From NCBI GenBank assembly GCA_963755915.1, contig CAVWLP010000002.1, positions 4,096,001 through 4,160,000 of the forward strand: a stretch of DNA of 64,000 nt, given 5' to 3'. Made by a program: the position numbers and the translations under genes. A model generated the notes under the pieces. That model made no database searches. It saw only the letters and a program-made list of their open reading frames with translations, and was not told where the DNA came from. Below are positions 53,380 to 63,588 of the stretch, one piece after another. Every line of letters begins with the position of its first letter. Within the stretch, counting starts at the first letter, position 1. This DNA comes from an uncultured Phycisphaerales bacterium. Its GTDB lineage: Bacteria; Planctomycetota; Phycisphaerae; Tepidisphaerales; Tepidisphaeraceae.

Positions 53380-53772
53380 ACCCGGATTGCAGCATTTCAA
53401 AATCCTGTCGCAGGTCAGCGGGCAATCTTTGCGCCTTTTGTAGCATGGATGCGCTATCCACCCCGACTTTTCGTCCCTTCTTTACACAACATTTACGTGA
53501 ACATCTCTGTTTGCGAGCGCGATCTTAAGGTGGCATGGTTAAATTTTGTATGAAAGCGCTGATGTTGGTGCATGTGGTTTGATTTCGAGATAGCTGGATT
53601 TATTGAATCCTTAGTGGTTCTTCAGGTCAAACCCTAGCGCTCAGCGACGAAACTGTTCAAGTCTTGATGCTTTACCGCAGGCGATTCAGGGAACGCCTGT
53701 GGCAATAGTAAGGCTCTGTAAATCAATAGCGGCCAGTTTTGGGCCGAATGGGTGCGTACAGAAGGAGCAGAC

Positions 53773-54894
53773 ATGCACCGGATGCGGTTGAAAGGTTTCA
53801 CACTCGTCGAACTTCTTGTTGTAATTGGGATTATAGCAGTTTTGATTGGCATTTTGCTGCCGGCGCTTCAGAGGGCGCGGGAGTCAGCCAATCAAGTCAA
53901 ATGCATGAGCAACCTGCGGTCGATCGGGCAGGGGCTGGCTCAGTATCTGGATGATTACAACCAGTTTTACCCCTTGTCCTATGACTATAACCGCCCACAG
54001 GGTCTGCCCAACACGTCATTGAATATCACGGCCGGGATCGAACAGCCAGCTTACGCACAGTACGGGTATGTGAATTGGTCCAGCTTCGTTTACGGCCGGA
54101 AGGACCTGGGAAATAATTATCCGCAGATGTACTACAGCACGATTGGATGGGAGGCGTTCCAATGTCCCTCCATCAACAATGGAGGGCTGCCTGCGGATGA
54201 TCCGAGCCCTGGGAATCAGGAACCAGACCAGACGAACGGAGATGAAGGGCCGGTTCCCATGGTTCCGCCCGCATACGTCGACTATCAAGCACCACGTATG
54301 GCGTATACAGCGAACGAAGCCATCATGGGCCGGAACAAGTTCGTTCTCGATTTTCAGGGCAATGCGCGTACGTATCAGTGGGTCAGGGCGACGATGATTC
54401 AGCACTCGGCCAATACGATTTTGGTTACGGAATTCAACCAGGATTGGCATGTAGTAAATGATGTCCCCGATAATGGTTCAGGGCCTCCTGTCTGCAAAAG
54501 CCATCGTCCGGTGAACGCCTATGAAGCGATCGTAGGTTTCGGGGCCGCGGGAGCCTATAAGCTGGATCTATACGGTCCGACTGGCTCGGGAGCGCCGGCA
54601 CTAATCCGCGTCGCACCGGAAGATATGATCCCGTATCCGCGCATAAACTCCCCCGCCATGGGTCAGACGGTGACCTCGCTGGATTGGGTGGGGAGAAATC
54701 ACGGCAGCTTCAAGCTTGGAACAGTCAAAGCGCCGGATGGGACAGTGATCCAAGGCTGGGACTTGCGCACGACAAATTTTCTCTACTGCGACGGCCACGT
54801 GGAGAATAAGAACATTATCGATACGTTCTCACCCTGGCAGTGGGGCGATTACATGTACAGCCTGGTGCCAGGGAAAGACATAAAAATTCAGTGA
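53773..54894 (+). CDS. DUF1559-type prepilin-cleavage protein with H-X9-DG-like C-terminus
   Basis: KGFTLVELLVVIGIIAVLIGILLPALQRARE, CMSNLRSIG and NFLYCDGHVE. SD sequence AAGGAG upstream. Confidence 0.92.
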   Translation: MHRMRLKGFTLVELLVVIGIIAVLIGILLPALQRARESANQVKCMSNLRSIGQGLAQYLDDYNQFYPLSYDYNRPQGLPNTSLNITAGIEQPAYAQYGYVNWSSFVYGRKDLGNNYPQMYYSTIGWEAFQCPSINNGGLPADDPSPGNQEPDQTNGDEGPVPMVPPAYVDYQAPRMAYTANEAIMGRNKFVLDFQGNARTYQWVRATMIQHSANTILVTEFNQDWHVVNDVPDNGSGPPVCKSHRPVNAYEAIVGFGAAGAYKLDLYGPTGSGAPALIRVAPEDMIPYPRINSPAMGQTVTSLDWVGRNHGSFKLGTVKAPDGTVIQGWDLRTTNFLYCDGHVENKNIIDTFSPWQWGDYMYSLVPGKDIKIQ

Positions 54895-55035
54895 TCGATG
54901 TTGATCAGTGGGAGTGATTCGTCGGAGGCGCACGCCTCCGCGGACAGGGATCGTCTTGCCTTAAAAAACGCCATGAGGCGGCACGATCAGGCACAGTTCC
55001 CCACAAACCGGGGACATACCAGAGAGGAGAAAGCA

Positions 55036-58000
55036 ATGCGTTCAAATCGTTCGAAGACAATTCGTTGCCAAATGATGGCTGCCGCGGCGGTGGCAGGATT
55101 GAGCGTCGTTTCCAGCGCTTTGGCCCAGTCGGATGTCGGGTCTAACCAGGTGGTCATATCTGTCGCCGGATCGACTGCCCTCAAAAATTGGCTGGTCTCC
55201 AAGACCACCACTTTCACAGACGTTCAACCAGGCAGCACGCTATCGATCGATGGCACCACCTATCCCCCGGGGGGACGAGCTACTGGACGAATGGCGTGGG
55301 ATACCAGCTTGCGCCTTCCAACAACGCCAGCAATTCCTCCACCGTGTTTGGAGCCACCAATCAGCTTCAATTCATCTATCATGAATCCGGATCGGTCGAA
55401 GGAATTCTGGAATTGGCCAACGACCAGATTTACACGAACTCCGATTATGCGGCTTCAAACGCCAACGGCTCGACCGACATTCCCTCGACCTCGGTTCCGT
55501 ATGTAACTGCAAACGTTGACCGAAATCCCGACAGCGGCAATGCGGTTTGGCTCAACTACAACCAGATCGGCAACAGCGGCACGACGGGAGGAACGGCATG
55601 GACCCCCTCGGGTGGGGCGACGGTCGGCTCGACCGGTTTGACTCTGGGGAACTTTTACGGCAGCGGCATAGGCCAGGGCTCCGGGTGGACCGCGGGAAAC
55701 GCCAATAATCCGACCCCCACTTTTAACCAGCAGGGCGTAAACGCGAACGGTGGCCAGAATGCTGTCCAGGTTGCGATGTCCGACGCCATACCGCAGCAGG
55801 TGTTTGCGAATAACTATGGGAATACTTCCAATACTTACACCCCCGCGGGCAGCAGCAGCGCGGTCACGGTGAACGGTACTGCCGATTCGTCGTGGAACGC
55901 GAATCCGCTCGACCTTGGATATGGTTCGGGAAATTCAGCCCTGGCGAGCGGATCGCTGGGAACGGCGGGATCCAAGGCGGTTTACCAATCGCCCAGTTAT
56001 CTTAACATGCCCGCGAACGCCCAAAATCCGCGAGCAGCTGCGGGGACAACCTTTGGCGTTGGGGCGTGGAACAACGCAACGAATGGCGGCTTGGGAAATC
56101 TGAACAGCCAGTTGACTGCGGTCACCGCGACGGCGTTCGTCTCCAATCCCGGTACCGGGCTTGCAGAGCTGAATCGCACCGACTCCGATTGGCTGGAAAT
56201 GAACGGCCGGCTTTCCAACGGCGCTACATTTAATATGACGACGCGCGATGTGAACTCCGGCACCCGCGACGTTTCGGCGCTGGACACCGGCGTCGATCCA
56301 ACCTGGGCGTCGGGTAAGGATGACAACGGCAACGGCAACCTCGCCAACGGTGCAACGAACACCGGATTCAGCCAGACCTCAATCGGTCCGGATATGCGGT
56401 TCTCGAACAAGACCGCCGGTGGCGCCCAGTTGCGTCCGACCGTGCAGGACAACCGCATGGCCGTGGGAACGCTGTCGATCAATGACGCGGGCGGCAATGA
56501 CTTGCAGACCAAGGCGAATGCCCTCCAGGTGCTGTCGTACGCGGACACCGCTTCGGGCTATTCGAATGCTGTCAGCCCCAACTACCAGACGATCAGCAAC
56601 GGCACTTACGTCATTTACCAGAACGAGCAGGTGGTGACCCTCAAAACGCCCGGCGCGGATTATGGAAGCGAGGGTGTGACCACCAACAGCAACGGTGCCG
56701 AGATCCTTAATGGCCCGGTCCAGGGCGATGATGCCGATGGAGATGTGGTCGCTCTGCTCAACAACACGTCGGAATCGGTGGCGTCGGGAACAAATCCGAC
56801 CTCTCCCGCCGATCCCGCGGATGGCCTGGAACAGCAGGGCTATCTGGTTCCAACGCTCATGGCGGTCGAAAAGAACTTCAACGGCCAGGGATTGATTCAG
56901 GAAAATGGAGCGGTCGATCAGGGAAATATCGTCAGCCAGACGAATCCCAGCTACAACGCCGCTGCTTTCGCCGCGTATTCCCAGGCCGGGGGTTATGGGC
57001 AGACTGCACTGCCCGTGCTTGGAACGGTGACCACCGGTACCGGCAGCACCTACGGCGGCGCCGGAAGCAGCCAGGCTTTGGGCGCGGGTGTCATCAATGG
57101 CGACACCAACAGCAGCTCGACCGGGATTGGCATCGACTCGACCAACTACATCTTCGGCAACTTCAATCAGAACGGCATCCGTGACTTCTCCGCGGTCAAA
57201 TCCGCGGTGGCCGCGGATCAGGCGCTGATCGGGGCTGACATCACCGCCGGCGCCACCGTGCCCGGCAGCGAGTTCACCGCCACCGCCGATGGCGACGCCA
57301 GCGGAACCAGCGGCCTGGTCAACTCCACGCTGATCGCCTACACCTCCCAGGACGGTCCGCAGAGCCTGCAAAAGGGCGATCTCATCGTCATGGGCGACTA
57401 CAACGGCGACGGGCACTTCGACGGCGCCGATCTCGTCGCCATGGCCGAAGGCGTTGCCCTTTCCGACAACTCCTCCGTCGCCACGCTGACAAACAGCGCA
57501 ACCATGTATCAGACCGGCGTTCTGGATAAGAACCAGGCGTTTGATTACGTGAATTCGACCATCGGAGACATCACGCCGGCCGATCAGTACATCCGTAAAA
57601 CCGGCGCTGCCGTACTTGAGGGGACTGCGATCCCCGCCGGCGCCACGCCCGTCTACGTTCCCGGCAGCTCGTCAGTCGTGCAGACAGATCCGATCGCGAC
57701 GGCCGAGCAGGGAACGAACGTCTATGAATACAGCTACGATCCGACCGGCGTGAATACATTCAACAAGAGCGACGTGAACCGCGACGGCACCATCGACTTC
57801 AACGACGCCGTCATCGTCGATAACGACAACGGCCAGGATTATACCAGCCTCGCGGACCAGACTGCGGCGACCATCCAGTCGCCCGTGACAGGAACGCCCG
57901 AGCCGTTCAACCTGGTCATGGCCAAGCAGAGCGACGGTTCGTCGGTGATCGGCGCCAGCGACGTTTCGGTGGTCAACACCCAACTCACCGGCACCGGAAC

Positions 58001-58886
58001 CACGAACTGGTATGGCTATAACCTCCAGAAGAATGGCCCGAGCACGATTACCTGGGAACGCACCGGTGGCCAGGTTAACGTCTATCCCAACGCCAGCTTC
58101 GAAATTTCCAGCGGAACGGTCCAGGTCGGCAGTCCATCGGTTTCGGGCACGATCGATCCCTTCAGCGGGACCGGGCCGACGGCGGGGAATCACGTCTCTG
58201 TGACGCTCGATCATGGCGGGCAGTTGGTGCTGGCTTCCGATCCGGTCACCTACACCGTCGGCGGCTTGTCCATCGATCCGACGACCGGCAGTGCCATGGA
58301 CCTCGGCGACAACACCGTCATCGTCAACAGCGCGTCGATCTCCACGATCCGGGGATATCTCATCGCCGGATACAACGGCGGAAGCTGGAACGGCCCGGGA
58401 ATCTTCTCCTCCGCGGTCGCTTCCCAAAATGCTTTGGGCGGCTTCCAGTACGGCATCGGCTGGGCAAGCGGTAGCGACGGGACAAACGCCGTCTCCACCC
58501 TCTCCAGCGGTCAGGTTGAATTGAGGTACACGCTGCTTGGCGATGCCAATCTCGACGGTACCGTCAACGGCTCCGACTTCAGCATCCTCGCCGCGAATTT
58601 CGGCCTCGGCGTCACCAACTGGGACCAGGGAAATTTCCTCTATGGCTCGTCGGTCAACGGCTCCGACTTCAGCGCCCTCGCCGCCAACTTCGGGCAGGGC
58701 GACAGCTATCCCGGCGTTGCCGGGAGTTCATCGGAGGTAACTCCGGCGGATATTGCCGCACTGGACGCATTCGCGGCAGCGAATGGTTTGACCATACCGA
58801 CGGTCGCGGCGGTTCCGGAACCGGCCACGATTTCAGTCGTAGCGCTGGCGGGAGCAGGTCTGCTCGCGCGGCGGCGACGCAGGTAG
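55036..58886 (+). CDS. Giant PEP-CTERM protein with a PstS-like N-terminal region and dockerin-like repeats (frameshift near 55270)
   Basis: Signal peptide. Motifs AGSTAL, YHESGSVEG, AMSD and RDVNSGTR. Repeats GDYNGDGHFDGAD, DVNRDGTIDFND and GDANLDGTVNGSD. C-terminal VPEP-TM-RRRRR. Confidence 0.85.
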
Positions 58887-58915
58887 GGGAGATCGCATAG
58901 CCGCCAAGACCGCCA

Positions 58916-58950
58916 GAAGCCCTCGGCGCCATGCCGGGGGCTTCTTTCTT
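58916..58950 (+). terminator. Rho-independent terminator
   Basis: GAAGCCCTCGGC-GCCAT-GCCGGGGGCTTC followed by TTTCTT. Confidence 0.75.
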
Positions 58951-58973
58951 GAAAGAAAAGGGCGGGGTCGAAA

Positions 58974-61265
58974 TCAGTTCCCGTCAATTGCGTCGCCATA
59001 GACGATGCCTCGGCCATTGGTGCCGAGGTAAACTCGGCCGAAGATTCTGGGGTCGCCGGTAATGGAGTGGGGCCAGCCGTAGCCGTGGGCGTCGTCGTTG
59101 ATGCGAACCCAGGATTTGCCCGAATCGGTGGAACGGAAGACGCCGTAGATGCTCTGGATTTCGCCGCTGAGATAGATCGTCGGGTTGGTCTGGTTCGGGG
59201 CGGGGGCGCCAAAGCCGACGGCGTTAGCTTGCTGGATTTGCGGCCAGAGGACGAAATGATGGCCGGTGTCGGTGGAATAGAGGAGGCCTTCGTCTTCAGC
59301 GGGGAGAAAGATAATATCTCCAGACGGCAAGACGGGCAGAACGCGCAGCCGGCTGACGGGGTGCGGAAGATTGTTGGCCGTTTGGGTGAAAGATTTGCCG
59401 GCATCGGTGCTGACGAAGAACCGGCCGCCGGCTTGTTCGATGGCGTAGAAACGGGTCGCGTCCGCCCGATCGGAGACGATCATGACGTTTTCCGGCAGGC
59501 CGCGACAAATCTTCCAGGTTTTACCGCCGTCGGTCGTGAGATAGGCGGTCGATTGATCGGGGGCCCAGAGGATGGTGGAAGCATCCGCGGAGATAGCAAC
59601 GTCGCCGCCGCGGGAGTCGGGCGCGGGGAGCGACGCGAATGGGGTCCAGGTGGCCCCGATGTCCGTGGAGATCGCGCCGGTGGGAGTTGCATGAGATGTG
59701 TCGGCATACCCGACGCGGACGAAAACATTCGGCTTCTTTGCGGCTTCGTCAATTCCCGTGGTGGTGCTGAAGATAGGGTTGGAGAACATTCCAGCCGGCG
59801 GGGAAACGTTCAAATCGTCGTGCCGGAACCCGCCGAGATCGCCCAGGGCGCTGATGAGACGCGGACCGGTGGGGGGGCTGATCAGATCGATCACGGCAGT
59901 TTGCTCAATCCCGCGCGCGGCGACCGACCATCGCACAACTGGCTGCGGCTTATCCGAAGCGGAATCCATCGCGGCAATGTCGTCGGTGCCCCAGACGGTT
60001 GCGCCGGTCACGTAAAGGACGTGGTTGGAATCAAACGGGTCGATTTCGACGCTACCGATCCACCAGCCGAACCGTGGCTGCGGGTTGCCCCATTTGAGGA
60101 ACGGAGAGAGGGACGGATCGAGCGTTGACCAGGCGCTGACCGATTTCCAGCTTCGGCCGCCGTCGGTGGAACGGAAAATGTCGTCGCCGGGCATCCAGCG
60201 GTCGAGGGTGCCGACCATGACCGTGCGCGGGTGCTGCGCATCGACACAAAGGCCGGCGTAGCCAAAGGCTTCGGCGGACGTCGGTTTTTCCGGCGTAATG
60301 TCGGTCCAGGTTTCGGCCGCGGGGTCATAGCGGTAGACCGCGCCGTTTTTGACGTTGTTGGGGCCGGGGGCGTTGGAGTAGCTGATATAGATCTGGCCAT
60401 CGGGGGCGAGGACGATGTGCTGGGGCATCAGGCGATTTTCTCCCACGCTTTTTCCTCCCGCCCCCGGTACTCCGGGGGAGGGCAGGGGAGGGGGTTGGCC
60501 CGCCAAGGACGTCCACGTTTTCCCCCCATCCCCGCTACGATAAATGCAGTGCGGCCCATCCTCCACGGCCGCATAAATCCCCGGTGTGGGTTTACCAGCT
60601 CTTCCGCTTCGCGCATCAAACAGAACTTCGCCAATACCAATCCCGCCCGGCGATCCGCGCACCGGAAAGCTGACGACCTGCGACCAACTCGCCCCGCGAT
60701 CGCGGCTGCTCCACAGCCCGTTGTGACGTGACCCGAAGAAGAGAATTCTTCCGTCGTGCGGATCGACGGCAAGACGTTCGCCCATCGAGCGACCGTCCTC
60801 GTTGCCCCCCATCTTGAACGGCATGTCCACGGATTTCCAGGTCCGGCCCTGATCGCTGGACCGAAGCATCCGGCTCCCGCTCGACCATTGGTTGGTGTAG
60901 GTTCCGGCGGCAAGATAGACGCGATTGAAATCGGAGGGATCGACCGCAAGGCTTTCAATCCCGTAGTTGTTCCAGTCCGCGATGCCGGAAAAATCGAGCA
61001 GCGGGATCCAGATCTTTTGACTGGCATCCCAGCGATAGGCGCCGCCCATGTCCGCCCGGGCGTAGGCCAGCCCGGCCTTTGCGGGATCGAATTCGATTCC
61101 CGGCATGAACCCCCCGGCGACGATGGCGACGCTCCGCCAGGCGTAAGGCTGGGATGACGCGGGAGGAGACGGCGCGTCGGCGCAAGCGCGATTGGCGCGG
61201 AATGGAAAGACCGCTGCCAAAAGCGCAATTATGCCAGAGAAAATCAGGGCTGATCGGGTTCGCAT
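58974..61265 (-). CDS. Secreted GH74 xyloglucanase-like BNR-repeat hydrolase
   Basis: Motifs AYARADMGGAYRW, GGNEDGRSMGERLAVDP, several S-D-G-TW repeats, ALGDLGGF and RVYLGTNGRGIVYGD. Confidence 0.9.
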   Translation of the reverse strand: MRTRSALIFSGIIALLAAVFPFRANRACADAPSPPASSQPYAWRSVAIVAGGFMPGIEFDPAKAGLAYARADMGGAYRWDASQKIWIPLLDFSGIADWNNYGIESLAVDPSDFNRVYLAAGTYTNQWSSGSRMLRSSDQGRTWKSVDMPFKMGGNEDGRSMGERLAVDPHDGRILFFGSRHNGLWSSRDRGASWSQVVSFPVRGSPGGIGIGEVLFDARSGRAGKPTPGIYAAVEDGPHCIYRSGDGGKTWTSLAGQPPPLPSPGVPGAGGKSVGENRLMPQHIVLAPDGQIYISYSNAPGPNNVKNGAVYRYDPAAETWTDITPEKPTSAEAFGYAGLCVDAQHPRTVMVGTLDRWMPGDDIFRSTDGGRSWKSVSAWSTLDPSLSPFLKWGNPQPRFGWWIGSVEIDPFDSNHVLYVTGATVWGTDDIAAMDSASDKPQPVVRWSVAARGIEQTAVIDLISPPTGPRLISALGDLGGFRHDDLNVSPPAGMFSNPIFSTTTGIDEAAKKPNVFVRVGYADTSHATPTGAISTDIGATWTPFASLPAPDSRGGDVAISADASTILWAPDQSTAYLTTDGGKTWKICRGLPENVMIVSDRADATRFYAIEQAGGRFFVSTDAGKSFTQTANNLPHPVSRLRVLPVLPSGDIIFLPAEDEGLLYSTDTGHHFVLWPQIQQANAVGFGAPAPNQTNPTIYLSGEIQSIYGVFRSTDSGKSWVRINDDAHGYGWPHSITGDPRIFGRVYLGTNGRGIVYGDAIDGN

Positions 61266-61406
61266 CGTTGTTGAATCCGCTCGATCAGCTCATTCCGCAA
61301 TGACCAGATCCGAGCGGAATTGAAATGACCCGGTTGCTGCAACCGAAAGCGGATGTCCCAGTGCAGTAAACCGGCAAAGCCATCGAGATTCAGTCTCCAT
61401 GAATGA

Positions 61407-62888
61407 TTATATCCCCCGGAATGTCGCCAATGCCTCGCGCACCGAAGCGGCACGGTCCGCCCGACCGGCGATCTGCCGCTTGTGCTCTCGCCAGCGATGC
61501 CACTCCTCATCGCTCGGCTGATACACCCGCTCATAGGGAACCGCCATCCCAACAAGCAAGGCCAGATGTCCGTCCAACCCAAACAGATTGTTCTCCCTCA
61601 ACATTACGCCCCGCGGCAGGCGGCTCGGACCGTGCACCCGATAGAAATCCACCAGCTCTGTCACCCCATGCAGGGGAACATTCGCGCGGCAATGGTTCCA
61701 AAACGGCGTCTCGACGCGCGCATTGAAGCGGTAGTGCATCGCCAAAAAATTCCGCGTGTCGTCCCAGTTCTCCGTCATGAACCGGTTGTGCAGCCCGCGC
61801 ATCGATTCGGTCATCATCAGTTCACAGTCGATAAGGTTTTGCACCATCGCCCGGCACTGCACCGCCAGGAGCATCAGCGCTGTCGCCTCCAGCGGCTCCA
61901 CGAATCCCCCGGCGTTGCCAAGTGCGACCACGTTTCCCACCCATAGACGCCTCCGGCGCCCCGTCCGAAAGCGCACCAGGAAGGATTCGCCCATCGTCTT
62001 GTTTTTTCTTCGGAATTCCGCTTCTGCTTCGTCATCCGAGACAAAACGCGAGCAATACACGTAGCCTCGATTGCTGCGATCATCGTGGTCGATTCGCCAG
62101 CACCACCCGTTGTCGTACGTTTCAGCCGTTGTGAACGGATCGATCGTTTCCCCCGCTTCGTAGCCGCGTGACGCAACCACTGCGCGGTCGCAAAGCAATG
62201 CATCGGAATAGTCGATAAACGGCTCATGAAGCGCCCGGCCGATCAATTCCCCCGCGAACCCAGACGCGTCCACATACAAATCGGCGGACATCCGCTTGCC
62301 CGACTTGAGGTCGATGTGAGAAATGGTCTCGCCGTTTGACGCCGCACATTCCAGCGTGTCGTCGATCAATTCAATACCCAACTCAGTCGCCTGCCATTCC
62401 AGGAATTCTACCAGCTTCACATTTTCGATGTGGTATGCAGGCACAAGGGCGTCCGTGCGCATCCGTCCGCTGGCGTCTATCGGGAAGATCTTTCGGCGCG
62501 ACATCATCGCCGATGTCAGATTGACGTCGTCGAAATCTTCCCCGCAGTAATATCCATTCGATCGAGCCAGGTCCGGCCATTGCCTGTCGACCTGCGTCGC
62601 GAACGTATAATTGAATTCACTTCTTCGCCCCCACAAAAACCGGATCCCCAGCTTCCATGTCGGTCTCACCCGCTCAAAAAAAATCTGCTGCGAAAGCCCC
62701 AGAACCTGGTGCAAAAACCACGGAAGGGTCGGCGTGGTGCTCTCCCCCACTCGAATCACCCCAATTTGCCGGCTCCGTACTACCTTCACCTCCGAGGCCG
62801 CAAACCCCTGCTTCAGCGAAATCGCCGCCAGCAGGCCTGCCGTCCCACCGCCCAGCACCAGGCTTTTGAATGTTTGCGGATTAAGCAT
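61407..62888 (-). CDS. Flavin-dependent (tryptophan-halogenase-family) halogenase
   Basis: Motifs GGGTAG, VGESTTP, WKLGIRF (catalytic Lys equivalent), DASGF, GWCWRI and FVEPLEAT. Confidence 0.9.
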   Translation of the reverse strand: MLNPQTFKSLVLGGGTAGLLAAISLKQGFAASEVKVVRSRQIGVIRVGESTTPTLPWFLHQVLGLSQQIFFERVRPTWKLGIRFLWGRRSEFNYTFATQVDRQWPDLARSNGYYCGEDFDDVNLTSAMMSRRKIFPIDASGRMRTDALVPAYHIENVKLVEFLEWQATELGIELIDDTLECAASNGETISHIDLKSGKRMSADLYVDASGFAGELIGRALHEPFIDYSDALLCDRAVVASRGYEAGETIDPFTTAETYDNGWCWRIDHDDRSNRGYVYCSRFVSDDEAEAEFRRKNKTMGESFLVRFRTGRRRRLWVGNVVALGNAGGFVEPLEATALMLLAVQCRAMVQNLIDCELMMTESMRGLHNRFMTENWDDTRNFLAMHYRFNARVETPFWNHCRANVPLHGVTELVDFYRVHGPSRLPRGVMLRENNLFGLDGHLALLVGMAVPYERVYQPSDEEWHRWREHKRQIAGRADRAASVREALATFRGI

Positions 62889-62993
62889 ACATCCTCCGCG
62901 CCTCAGCCTCGCAACCGCCCCACGTCATCGGCGTGTTCCCGATTGAAAAAACGGCCTTTCGCGCGCCGAAATGGGTTGGGCGGAGCCACAAGA

Positions 62994-63518
62994 TCAATCC
63001 GGAATGACCAAATCTGACGAACTGTCGGCATGGGCGGAGATGCCCGTATTCATGATTTGAGCGCCATCCTGTGAGTCTTGCAACGCCCACTTATTGCCTG
63101 GGCCGGGAAGCTTTACCTCGACGCCGTTGGAGTTCAAGTCGCGATCCGAAAACAAGGCGACGGTTCCAGGGCTCTTGCCCTGTCGGCCTGCGTCGGCGAT
63201 GGCGTCGTCCAGGCGTTTTTTGGCTGAATCCGTGTACCGCATCAAGTATGCACAGTAGGTCTGATTCCCCTGGTCGTAGGAATAGATGATAGCGCGTACC
63301 GCCGTGGCGCCGTTTTCATCAAAAGGCGGCGTGCTGTAAACGGAGTCCATAAACCACGTCTTGCCATCATCGGTGGTGAAAAAAGTCTTGTCGCCTTTGA
63401 TCTTGTGTTGCGGCAACTGGGTGTAAACCAGTATCGCCACGGCCAAAGCCAGGAAGGCAATTCCGATTCCAATCCCAATGGATTTTTTGGGGGCGTTGAG
63501 GGCTTCGCGAACCGACAT
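62994..63518 (-). CDS. Hypothetical single-TM protein
   Basis: N-terminal TM helix followed by FFTTDDGKTWF. Lies directly downstream of a DUF1559-type gene. Confidence 0.75.
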   Translation of the reverse strand: MSVREALNAPKKSIGIGIGIAFLALAVAILVYTQLPQHKIKGDKTFFTTDDGKTWFMDSVYSTPPFDENGATAVRAIIYSYDQGNQTYCAYLMRYTDSAKKRLDDAIADAGRQGKSPGTVALFSDRDLNSNGVEVKLPGPGNKWALQDSQDGAQIMNTGISAHADSSSDLVIPD

Positions 63519-63588
63519 TAGAACCGCTCCCAGGGAGAATTGTGCGAAGCCGGCGATACTTCTCGGCCAGTTTCAAGGTCGAAATTCG

